From the human T2T-CHM13v2.0 reference genome, Homo sapiens: 64,000 nucleotides of DNA. The notes under the pieces were generated by a model that was not told the origin of the DNA, did no database searches, and was given only the letters and a program-made list of their open reading frames with translations. A program made the position numbers and the translations under genes. Within the stretch, counting starts at the first letter, position 1. Every line of letters starts with the position of its first letter. This document shows, piece by piece, positions 13,813 through 26,600 of the stretch. The DNA lies in NCBI RefSeq assembly GCF_009914755.1, contig NC_060945.1; one strand, written 5' to 3'.

Positions 13813-16800
13813 GAATGTTTGTTCCCCCAATAGGACTCCAGAACACTCCTGCTGTGTTCAGAATGTATTTTCCTCACGTAGGATTCCAGTACAATGCTAC
13901 GAGGGTCTGAATGTTTGTCCCACACGTAGGATTCCAGAACACCCCAGCTGTGTTCTGAATGACTGTCCCTCACATAGGATTCCAGAACATTGCTGCTGCG
14001 TTCTGAGTGTTTCCCCGTCAAGTAGGATTCCAGAACACTCTTGCTGTGTTGTGAATATTTGTCCCTCACTTAGGATTCCAGATCACTGCTGTTGGGTTCT
14101 GAGTGTTTGTCCTTCACGTACGATTCCAGAACATAACTACGTGGGTCTAAATGTTTGTCCCTCACATAGGCTATCTGAACACTGCTATGAGGGTCTGAAT
14201 GTTAGTCCCGCACATAGGACTCCAGAACACTCCTGCTGTGTTCTGAATGTATTTTCCTCACATAGGATTCCACAACAATGCTACGAGGGTCTGAATGTTT
14301 GTCCCACACTTAGTATTCCAGAACACCCCAGCAGTGGTCTGATTGACTGTCTCTCACAAAGGATTACAGAACACTGCTGCTGGTTTCTGAGTGTTTCTCC
14401 CACATATAGGATTCCGGAACACTGCTACGGGGATCTGAAATTTTCCCCCTCACATAGGATTCCAGAACACTGCTACAGGGATCTGAATGTTTGTCTCTCA
14501 CATAGGATTCCAGAACCCTGCAACGAGGGTCTGAATTACTCTCACTCTCAAAGGATTCCAGAACACTGTTTTTGGGTTCTCAGTGTATCTCCTCACAGAG
14601 AATTCCAGAACACTGCTACAAGGGTCTGAATGATTGTACCTCACATAGGATTCCAGAACACTCCTGCTCTGCTCTGAATGTTTGTCCCTCAGATGGGATT
14701 CCAGAACACTGCTGCTGGGTTCTGAGTGTCTGTCCCTCACATAGGATTCCAGAACACTGCTGCTGCGGTCTGAATGTTTGTTTCTCACATAGCACTCCAG
14801 AACACTCCTGCTGTGGTCTGAATTTTTCTCCCTCATATAGGATTCCAGAACACAACTGCTCAGGTGTGAATGGTTAACCCTCACATAGGATTCCAGAGTA
14901 CTGCTGTTGTGGTCTGGGTGTTTGTGCCTCACATGGATTTCCAGAACAATCCTTCTGTGGTCTGAATGTTTCTCCCCCACATAGGATACCAAAGCATTCC
15001 TGCTCTGGTCTCAGTGTTTGTCCCTCAAATAGGATTCCATAAAATTTCCACTGGGGTCTGAATGTTTGTCCCTCACTTAGGGTTCCAGAACAATACTAAG
15101 AGGGTCTGAATTATTCTCCCTCACATATGATTGCAGAACACTCCTGCTGTGGTCGGAATGTTTGTCCCTCAGTTACGATTCCAGAATACTGTTGTTGAGT
15201 TCTGAGTTTTTGTCCGTCACATACGATTCCAGAACACTGCTATGTGGGTCTAAATATTGGTCACTCACATAGGGTTGCAGAACACTGCTACGAGGGTATG
15301 AATGTTTCTCCCGCTCATAGGACTCCAGAACAATCCTGATGTGTTCTGAATGTATTTTCTTCACATAGGATTCCAAAACAGTGCTATGAGGGTCTGAATG
15401 TTTGTCTCACACGTAGGATTCCAGAACACCCGAGCTGTGGTCTGAATGATTATCCTTCCCATAGGATTCCAGAACACTGCTGCTGGGTTCTGAGTGTTTC
15501 TCCCTCACATAGTATTCCATAACACTGCTACTGGGGTCTCAATGTTTATCTCTCACATAGGATTTCAGAACACTGCTACAAGTGTCTGAATGTATGTCAA
15601 GCTCTTATGACTCCAGAATACTCCTGCAGTGTCCTGAATATTTTTTCCATACGTAGGATTCCAGAAGAATACTACGAGGGTATGAATGTTTGTCCCACAA
15701 GTAGGATTGCAGAACACCCCAGCTGTGATCTGAATGATTGTCCCTCACATAGGATTCCAGAACACAGCTACTGGGTTCTGAGGTTTTCTCCCTCACATAG
15801 GATTCCAGAACACTCCGGCTCTGGTCTGAATGTTTGTCCCCAGATAAGATTCCAGAACACTGCTGCTGGGTTCTGAGGGTTTGTCTCTCACATGGGACTG
15901 CAGAACCCTTCTGCTGTGGTCTGAATGTTTGTTCCTCACATAGGATTCCAGAACATTCCTGCTGTTTTCTGAATATTTGTCCCTCACTTAGGACTCCAGA
16001 ACACTGCTGTTGAGTTCTGAGTGTTTGTCCCTCATGTATGATTCCAGAACACTGCTGTGTGGGTCTAAATGTTTGTCCCTCACATACGATTTCAGAACAC
16101 TGCTACGAGGGTCTGAATGTTTCTCCCACACAGAGGACTCCAAAACACTACTGTAGTGTTCTGAATGTATTTTCCTCACATAGGATTCAAGGACAATGCT
16201 AACAGGGTCTGAATGTTTGTTCCACACGTAGGACTCCAGAACACCCCTGCTGTGGTCTCAATGATTGTCCCTCACATAGGTTTCTGGAACACTGCTGCTG
16301 GTTCTGAGTGTTTCTCCCTCACGTGGGATTCCAGAACACTGCTACAAGGGTTTGAATTATTCTCCTTCACATAGGATTCCAGAACAATACTGCTGATGTC
16401 TGAACGTTTGTCCCTCACTTAGGATTCCAGAACACTGCTGTTGGCTTCTGAGTGTCCCTCACTTACGATTCCAGAACACTGCTACATGGGTCTAAAAGTT
16501 TGTCCCTTACATAGTATTCCAGAACACTGCTACAAGGGCATGAATGTTTGTCCCGCACATTGGACTCCAGAGCACCCCTGCTGTGTTCTGAATGTATTTT
16601 CCTCACACAGGATTGCAGAACAATGCTACGAGGGTCCAAATATTTGTCCCACACATAGGATTCCAGAACACCTTAGCTGTGGTCTGAATGATTGTCCCTC
16701 ACATAGGATTCCAGAACACTGCTTCTGGGTTCTGAGTGTTTCTCCCTCAAATAGGATTCCAGAACACTGCTACGAATGTCTGAATGATTGTACCTCACAT

Positions 16801-19800
16801 AGGATTCCAGAACACTCCTGCTGTGTTGTGAATGTTTATCTCTCAGATAGGATTCCAGAACACTACTGCTTGGTTCTGAGTGTTTGTCACTCACATAAGA
16901 TTCCAGAACACTGCTCCTGTCTTCTGAATGTCTGTTCATCACACAGGATTTCAGAACACTCCTGCTGTGGTCTCAATGGTTGAACCTCATATAGGATTCC
17001 AGTACAATCCTGCTTTGGTCTGGGTGTTTGTACCTCACATGGGATTCTAGAACAAACCTGCTGTTGTCTGAATGTTTCTCCCTCACATAGGTTTCCAAAA
17101 CATTCCTGCTGTGGTCTGAGTGTTTCTCCCTAAAATAGGATTCCGGAACACTGCTACTGGGGTGTGAATGATTGTCCCTCACATAGGATTCCAGAACACT
17201 GCTAAGAGCGTCTGAATTATTCTCCCGAACTTAAGATTCTAGAACACTCCTGCTGTGGTCTGAATGTTTGTCCCTATCTTATTATTCCAGAACACTGTTT
17301 TTGGGTTCTGAGTGTTTGTCCCACACACACGATTCCAGAACACTGCTACGTGGCTCTAAATGTTTGTCCGTCACATAGAATTCAAGAACACTACTACGAG
17401 GGTCTGAATGTACCGCACATAGGACTCCAGAACAATCCTGCTGTTTTCTGAACGTATTTTCCTCACATAGGATTCCACAACAATGCTACGAGGGTCTGAA
17501 TGTTTGTCCCACATGTAGGATTCCAGAACACCCCTGCTGAGGTCTCAATGATTGTCCCTCACATACAGTGCCAGAACACTGCTACTGGGTTCTGAGTGTT
17601 TCTCCCTCACACAGGATTCCAGAACACTACTACGAGAGTCTGAATGATTGTACCTCACACAGGATTCCAGAACCCTCCTGCTGTGCTCTGAATGTTTGCC
17701 CCTCTGATAGGATTCCAGACACTGCTGCTAGATTCTGAGTGTTTGTCCCTCACATAGTATTCCAGAACATTGCTGCTGTTGTCTGAATGTTCGTTAATCA
17801 CATAGGATTCCAGAACACTCCTGCTGTGATCTGAATGTTTGTGCTTCATATAGAATTCCAGAACACTGCTGCGGGGTGCTGAGTGTTTGTCCCTCACATA
17901 GGATTCCAGAACACTGCTACTGGGGTCTGGATGTTTGTCCCTCACATAGGATTCCAGAATACTGCTATGAGGGTCTTAATTATTGTCCCTCAGGTAGGAT
18001 TCCAGAACATTCCTGCTGTGGTCAGAATGTTTGTCCCTTACTTAGGATTCCAGAACACTGCTGTTGGGTCCTGAGAGTTTGTCCCTCATGTAGGATTCCA
18101 GAACAATGCTACTGGGGTCTGAATGTTTGTCCCGCACATAGGATTCCAGAACACTGCTGCAAGGGTCTGAATTATTCTCCCTAACATAGGATTCCAGAAC
18201 GCTGTTCGAGAATCTGAATGATTGTACCTCACAGAGGATTCCAGAACTCTCCAGCTCTGTTTTGAATGTTGGTTCCTCAGATAGGATTCCAGAACACTGC
18301 TGCTGTGTTCTTAGTTGTTGTCCCTCACATAGGATTCTAGAACACTGCTGCTGTGGTCTGAATGTTTGTTCCTCAGGTAAGATTGCAGAACACTCCCACT
18401 CTGTTCTGAATGTGTGTACCTCATATAGGATTCCCAAACACTACTGTTGTTTTCTGAATGGTTGACCCTCACGTAGCATTCCAGAACACCCCTGCTGTGG
18501 TCTAGGTGTTTGCGCCTCACATGGGATTCCAGAACAATCCTGCTGTGGTCTGAATATTTCTCCCTCACATATGATTCCAAAACATTCCTTCTCTAGTGTG
18601 AATGTTTGTCCCTCAAAAAGTATTCCAGAACACTGCCACTCGGGTGTGAATATTTGTTCCTCACATAGGATTCCAGTACACTGCTATGAGGGTCTTAATT
18701 ATTCTCCCTCACATAGGATTCCAGAACACTCCTACTGTGGTCTCAATGTTTGTCCTTCACTTAGGATTCCAGAACACTGCTGTTGAGTTCTGTCTGTTTG
18801 TCCCTCACGTATGACTCCAGAACACTGAGACGTGGGTCTAAATTTTTATCCCTCACATAGGATTTCAGAACACTGCTACAAGGGTCTGAATGTTTGTCCT
18901 GCACGTAGGACTCCAGAACACTCCTGCTGTGTTCTGAATGTATTTTCCTCACATAGGATTCCAGTACAATGCTACAAGGGTCTGAAAGTTTGTCCCACAC
19001 GTAGGATTCCAGAACACCCCAGCTGTGGTCTGAATAATGTCCCTCACATAAGACTCCGTAACACTGCTGCTGGGTTCTGAGCATCTCCCCCTCACATAGG
19101 GTTTCAGAACACTCGCTGTGATCTGAATGTTTATCTCCCACTTAGGATTCCAGATCACTGCTGTTGCGTTCTGAGTGTTTCTCCCTCACGTATGATTCCA
19201 GAACACTTCTACGTGGGACTAAATGTTTTTCCTTCACGTAGGATTCCAGAAGACTGCTACGAGGGTCTAAATGTTTGTCACGCACATAGGACTCCAGAAC
19301 ACTCCTGCTGTGCTTTGAATGTATTTTCCTTACATAGGATTCCAGAACAATGCTACTAGGGTCTGAATGTTTGTCCCATACTTAATATTCCAGAACACCC
19401 TGCTGTGGTCTGAATGATTGTCCCTCACATAGGATTCCGGAACTCTGCTGCTGGGTTCTGAGTGTTTCTACCTCGCATAGGATTCCACAACACTGCTACT
19501 GGGGTCTGAATGCTTGTCTCTCACATAGGATTCCAGAACACTGCTACGAGGGTCTGAATTACTCTCCCTCACATAAGATTCCAGAACACTGCTGCTAGTT
19601 TCTGAGTGTTTCTCCCTCACTTAAAATTCCAGAACACTGCTACGAGGGTCTGAATGATTGTACCTCACATAGGATTCCAGAAAACTCCTGCCCTGCTGTG
19701 AATGTTTTTCCCTCAGATAGGATTCCAGAAGACTGCTGTGGGCTTCTGAGTGTTTGTCCCTCACATAGGGTTCCAGAACACTGCTGCTGTGGTCTGAATG

Positions 19801-20620
19801 TTTGCTCCTCACATAGGATTCCAGATCACTCTTGCTGTGGTCTTAAGGTTTGTCCCTCATACAGGAATCCAGAACACTACTGCTGTGGTCGGAATGGTTG
19901 TCCCTAATATAGGATTCCCGAACACTCCTGCTGTGGTCTAGGTGTTTGCACCTCACATGGGATTCCAGAACAATCCTGCTGTGGTCTGAATGTTTCTTAC
20001 ATAGCATTAAAACCTTCCTGCTGTTTTCTGAGTGTTTCTCCTTCAAATAGGATTCCAGAACACTGGTACTGGTGTCTGAATGTTTGTCCCTCACATAGGA
20101 TTCCAGAACTCTGCTATGAGGTTCTGAATTTTTCTCCCTCACCTAGGATTCCAGAACACAGTTGTTGGGTTTTGAGTATTTGTCCCTCACGTACAATTCC
20201 ATAACACTGCAGCATGTGTCTAAATGCTTGTCCCTAACATAGGATTCCAGAACACTGCTAACATGGTCTGAATGTTTGTCCCACACATAGGACTCCATAT
20301 CACTCCTGCTGTGTTCTGAATGCATTGTCCTCACATAGGATTCCAGAACAATGCTACGAGGGTCTGAATGCTTGTCTTGCATGTAGAATTGCAGGAAACC
20401 CCAGCTGTGGTCTGAATGATTATCCATCACATAGGATTCCAGAACATTGCTGCTGGGTTCTGAGTGTTTCTCCCTCAGATAGGATTCCACAATCCTCCTG
20501 CTGTGGTCTGAATGTTTGTCCCTCACTGAGGATTCCAGAACACTGCTGTTGGGTTCTAAGAGTTTGTCCCTCTTGTATGAATCCAGAAAAATGCTACGTG
20601 GGTCTACATGTTTGTCCTTC

Positions 20621-23600
20621 CCTATATGAGGAACAAACATTCAGACCACAGCAGCACTGTTCTGGAATCCTATTTGAGGGACAATCATTCAGATCACATC
20701 TGGCATGTTCTGGAATCCTGCGTGTGGGACAAACATTCAGACCCTCTTAGCATTGTTCTGGAATCCCATGTGAGGAAAATACATTCAGAAAACAGCAGGA
20801 GTTTTCTGGAATCCTACGTGAGGGAAAAACACTCAGAATGCAACAACAGTGTTCTGGAATCCTAAGTGATGGACAAACATTCAGACCACAGCAGGAGTTT
20901 TCTAGAATCCTATGTGAGGAAGAATAATTCAGACCATCGTAGCAGTGTTCTCGAATCCTTTGTGAGGGACAAACATTCAGACCCCAGTAGCAATGTTCTG
21001 TAATCCTATGTGAGGGGGAAATACTCAGAGCCCTGCAGCAGTGTTCCAGAATCCTATGTGAGGGACAATCATTCAGACCACAGGGGGATTGTTCTGGAAT
21101 CCCATGTGAGGCACAAACACCCAGAACCCAGCAAGAGTGTTCTGGAATCCTATGTGAGGGTCAACCATCAGACCACAGCGGTAATGTTCTATAATCCTAT
21201 ATGAGGGAGAAACATTCAGACCACAGCAGGAGTGTTCTGGAATACTATGTGAGGAACAAACATTCGGGCCACAGCAGGAGTGATCTGGAATCTTATGTGA
21301 GGGACAAACACTCAGAACCCAGTAGCAGTGTTCTGGAATGCTATCTGAGGGACAAACATTCAGATGAGAGCAAGAGTTCTCTGGAATTCCATGTGAGGTA
21401 CAATCATTCAGAGCCTTGTAGCAGTGTTCTCGAATCGTATGTGAGGGAGAAACTCTCAGAACCCTCCAGCAGTATACTGGAATCCCATGTGAAGGACAAT
21501 CATTCATCCCCTCATAGCCGTGTTCTGGAATCCTATGTGAGGAAAAACCTTTAGATCCACATAGCAGTGTTCTGGAATCGTACGTGAGGGACAAAAACTC
21601 AGAACCCAACAGCAGTGTTCTAGAATCCTAAGTGAGGGACAAACATTCAAACCAGAACAGGAATGTTCTGGAATCCTATGTGAGGGAGAAACACTCAGAA
21701 CCCAGAATCAGTGTTCTGTAATCCTATTTGAGTGGCAATCATTCAGACCACAGCTGTGGTGTTCTGGAATCCTAAGTGTGGGAAAAGCATTCAGACACTA
21801 GTAGCACAATTCTGGAATCTTATGTGAGGAAAATACATTCAGAACACAGCAGGGGCGTTCTGGATTCCTATGTGCAGGACAGAAATTCAGACACTCATAG
21901 CACTGTTCTGGAATCGTACGTGAGGGACAAACACTCAAAAAAATAAAACAGCAGTGTTCTGTAATCCTAAGTGAGGGACAAACAATCAGACCACAGAAGG
22001 AGTTTTCTGGAATCCAATGTGAGGGAGAGTAATTCAGACCCTCGTAGCAGTGTTCTGGAACCCTATGTGAAAGACAAACATTCAGACTCCAGTAGAAGTG
22101 TTCTGGAATTTTATGTGGGGAACAATCTTTCAGACCACAGCTGGGTTGTTCTGGAATCCTACGTGTAGGACAAATATTCAGAGCCTCGAAGCATTGTTGT
22201 GGAATCCTATGTGAGGAAAATACATTCAGGACTCAGCAGGAGTGTTCTGGAGTCCTATGTGCCGGACAAAAATTCAGACCCTCGTAGCAGTGTTCTGGAA
22301 TCCTATGTGATGGAAAAATATTTAGACCCACATAGCAGTGTTCTGGAATCCTATGTGATTGATAAACACTCAGAAACCAGTAACAGTGCTCTGGAATCCT
22401 ACTTGACGGACAAACACTGAGACCACAGCAGAAAAGTTTTGGAATCCTATGTGAGGGAGAAACATTCAGACTACAGCAAGATTCTTCTGGAATCCCATGT
22501 AAGGCAAAAACACCCAGACCAAAGCAGGGATGTTCTGGAATTCTATGTGAGGGTCAACCATTCAGACAACTGCAGCAGCGTTCTGGAATCCAATATGAGG
22601 GACAAACATTCAGTCCAGAGCAGGATTTTTCTGGAGTCCTGTGTGAGGAACAAACCTTCAGACACAGCAGCAGTGTTCTAGAATCCTATGTCAGGGAAAA
22701 ACACTCAGAACACAGCAGCAGTGTTCTAGAATCCTAACTGAGGGACAAAGATTCAAACCAGAGCAGGAGTGTTCTGGCATCCTTTGTGAGGTGCAATCAT
22801 TCAGATCCATGTAGCAGTGTTGTGGTATCCTATGTGAGGGAGAAACACACAAAAACCAGCAGCAATGTTCTGGAATCCTATGTGAGGGACAATCATTCAT
22901 ACCACAGCTTTGCTCTTCTGGAATCCTACTTGCGGGACAAACATTCAGACCCACGTAGCTGTGTTCTGGAATCCTATGTGAAGGACAAACATTTAGACCC
23001 AGGTAACATTGTTCTGGAAGCATATGTGAGGGACAAACACTCAGAACACAACAGCAGTGTTCTGGAATCCTAAGTGAGGGACAAACATTCAGACCACAGC
23101 AGGAGTTTTCTGGAATCCTATGTGAGGGAGAATAATTGAGACACTCGTAGCACTATTCTGGAACACTATGTGAGGGACAAACATACAGATCCCGGTAGCA
23201 GTGTTCTGGAATCTTATGTGAGGGAGAAACACTCAGAACCCAGCAGCAGTGTTCTGGAATCCTATGTGAGGGACAATCATTCAGACCACAGCTGGAGTGT
23301 TCTGGAATCCTGCTTGTGGGACAAACATTCAAACCCTCGTAGCATTGTTCTGGAATCCCATGTGAGGAAAATACATTCAGAGCACTTCAGGAGTGTTCTG
23401 GAATCCTATGAGTGGGACAAACATTCAGACCCTCGTAACAGTGTTCTGGGATGCTATGTGAGGGCCAAACATTTAGACCCACGTAGCAGTGTTCTGTAAT
23501 CTTACCTGAGGGACGAACACTCAGAACCCAACAGCAGAGTTCTGGAAACTTAAGTGACGGACAAACATTCAGACCACAGCAGGGGTGTTCTGGAATCCTC

Positions 23601-26600
23601 TGTGAGGTAGAATAATTGAGACTCTCGTGACAGTGTTCTTGTATCCAATGTGAGGGATAAAAACTCAGAACTCAGTACCATTATTCTGGAATTCCATTTG
23701 AGGGAACAACACTCAGACCAGAGCAGGAATGTTTGGAATCCTATATGAGGGAGAAACATTCAGACCACAGTAGGATTGTTCTTGAATCCTTTGTGATGCA
23801 CATACAGCCAAACCACAGCAGGAGTGTTCTGGAATCCTATGTGAGGTCAACCATTCAGACCACAGCAGTAGTGATCTGGAGTCCTATATGAGGGACAAAC
23901 ATTCAGACCACAGCAGGAATGTTCTCGAATCCTATGTGAGGAAGAAACATTCAGCCCACAGCAGCAGTGTTCTGGAATCCTATTTGAATGAAAAACATTC
24001 AGACCAGAGCAGGAGTGGTCTGGAATCCTATGTGAGGTACAATCATTCAGACCCTCGTAGCAGTGTTCTGGAGACCTATGGGAGAGAGAAACATTCAGAA
24101 CCAGCAGAACTTTTCTGGAGTCTTTTGTGAGGGACAATCATTCAGACCTAAAGCTAGGGTGTTCTGACATCCTATGTGTGGGACAAACATTCAGACCCTC
24201 GTAGCATTGTTCTGGAATCCTATGACAGGAAAATACATTCGGAACACAGCAGGAGTGTTCTGGAGTCCTATGTAAGGGACAAACATTCAGACTTTCGTAG
24301 AAGTGCTCTGGAATCCTATGTGAAGGGGCAAACATTTAGACCAATGTTGCAGTCTTCTGGAATCGTACGTAAGGGACAAACACTGAGAAACCAACAGCAG
24401 TGTTCTGGAATCTGAATTGAGGGACAAACATTCAGACCACAGTAGGAGTGTTCTGGAATCCTTTGTGAGGGAGAATAATTCAGACCCTCGTAGCAGTGTT
24501 GTGGAATCCTATGTGAGGAACAAACTTTCAGACCCCAGTAGCAGTGTTCTGGAATCCAATTTGAAGGAAAAACCATCAGACCATGGCAGGAATGTTTTGG
24601 AATCCTATGTGAAGGGGAAACATTCAGACCACAGTAGGATGGTTCTGGAATCCCATGTGAGGCACAAACACCCAGACCACAGCAGGAGTGTTCTGGAGTC
24701 TTATGTGATGGTCAACCATTCACATGACAGCTGGGGTGTTCTGGAACCCTATTGTGGGACAAACATTCCTACCCTCGTAGGATTGTACTGCAATGCTATG
24801 TGTGGAAAATTCATTCAGAATACAGAAGGAGTTTTCCGCAGTCCAATGTGTGGGACAAACATTCAGATCCTCGTAGCATTGTTCTGGAATCCTATGTGAA
24901 GGAAAAACATTTAGACACACGTAGCGGTGTTCTGGAATCATACGTGAGGGACAAACACTCAGAACCCAACAGCAGGGTTCTGGAATCCTAAGTGAGAGAG
25001 AAATATTCAGACCACATCAGGAGTGTTTGGAATCTTATGTGAGGGAGAATAATTCAGACCCTCATAGCAGTATTCTGTAATCCTATATGAGGGACAAACA
25101 TTCAGACCCCAGTAGCAGTGTCTGGAATCCTGTTTGAGGGACAAACACTCAGACCACTGCAGGAATGTTTTTGGAATCCTATGTGAGGGAGAAACATTCA
25201 GACGACAGCAAGATTGTTCTGGATTCCTATGTGAGGGTCAACCATTCAGACCACAGCTGTAGTGTTCTGAAATCCTATATGTGGGACAAACATTCAGACC
25301 ACAGCAGGATTGTTCTGGAATCCTATGTGAGGGATAAACATTCAGACTGCAGCAGCATTGTTCTGGAATCCTATATGAGGGACAAACACTCAGAACCCAA
25401 AAGCAGTGTTCTGGAATCGTATCTCAGGGACAACATTCAGACCACAGCAGGAGTGTTCTGCAATCCTATGTGAGGTACAATAATTGAGAACCTCATAGCC
25501 ATGTTCTGGAATCCCATATGAGGACAAACCTTCAGAACCATTTAGCAGTTTTCTGGAATCGTAGGTGTGAGACAAACACTCAAAAACCAACTGCAGTGTT
25601 CTGGAATCCTAACTGAGGGTCAAACATTCAGACCAGAATAGGAGATTTCTGGAATCATATATGAGGGAGAAACACTCAGAACCCAGCAGCGGAGTTCTGG
25701 AATCCCATGTGAGGGACAATCATTGAGACCACAGCTGTGGTGTTCTGGTATCCTAAGTGTGGGACAAAATTTCAGACCCTCGTAGCCTTGCTCTGGAATC
25801 CTATGTGAGGAAAATACATTCAGAACACAGCAGAAGAGTTCTGGAGTCCCTTGTGGGGGACAAAAATTCAGGCCCTCGTAGCAGTGCTCTGGAATTCTAA
25901 GTGAGGACAAACATTTAGACCCACATAGCAGTGTTATTGAATTGTACGTGAGGGACAAACACTCAAAAAAAAAAGGAGTGTTCTGTAATCCTAAGTTGGT
26001 GAAAAACAATCAGACCACAGCAGGAGTGTTCTGGAATCCAATGTGAGGGTGAATAATTCAGACCCTCTTAGCAGTGTTCTGGAATCCTATGAGAGGGACA
26101 AATCAGACCCCAGTAGAAGTGTTGTGGAATCCTATGTGAGGGAAAAACATTCAGACCACAGCTCGGGTTTTCTGGAATCCTACTTCAGGGGCAAACATTC
26201 AGACCATCGTACCATTGTTGTGGAGTCCTAGGTGAGGAAAATGCATTCAGGAAACAGCATGAGTGTTCTGGAGTCCTATGTGCGGGACAAAAATTCAGCC
26301 CCTTGTAGCACTGTTCTGGAATCCTACGTGAGGGGGAAACATTTAGACCCAAGTGGCAGTGTTCTGGGATGCTATACGGTGGAGAAACACTTAGAACACA
26401 GTAGCAGTGTTCCAGAATACTATTTGAGGGACAAACATTCAGACCACAGCAGGAAAGTTTTGGAATCCTATGTGGGGGAGAAACATTCAGACCACAGCAG
26501 GATTGTTCTGGAATCCCATGTGAGGCAAAAACACCCAGAACGCAGGAGGGTTGTTCTGGAATCCTATGTGAGGGTCAACCATTCAGAACACAGCAGTAGT

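Larger units (their letters stand above)
1..20620 (+). repeat. 48-bp satellite array (CER / D22Z3-like), orientation A (reads GGATTCCAGAAC...CCCTCACATA on +)
   Basis: Continuous 48-bp period with core GGATTCCAGAACAC and TCTGAATGTTTGTCCCTCACATA. The ORF track repeats the 16-aa unit RIPEHCCCGLNVCPSH (+) and RDKHSDHSRSVLESYV (-). The family name is from recall of the 48-bp CER satellite. Strand is my own convention. The array runs off the window start. Confidence 0.93.

Noticed and set aside
20143-20865. ORFs crossing the inversion (20143-20640, 20325-20750, 20608-20865) as chimeric genes
   Set aside because: They are read-through of the two satellite frames across the junction.
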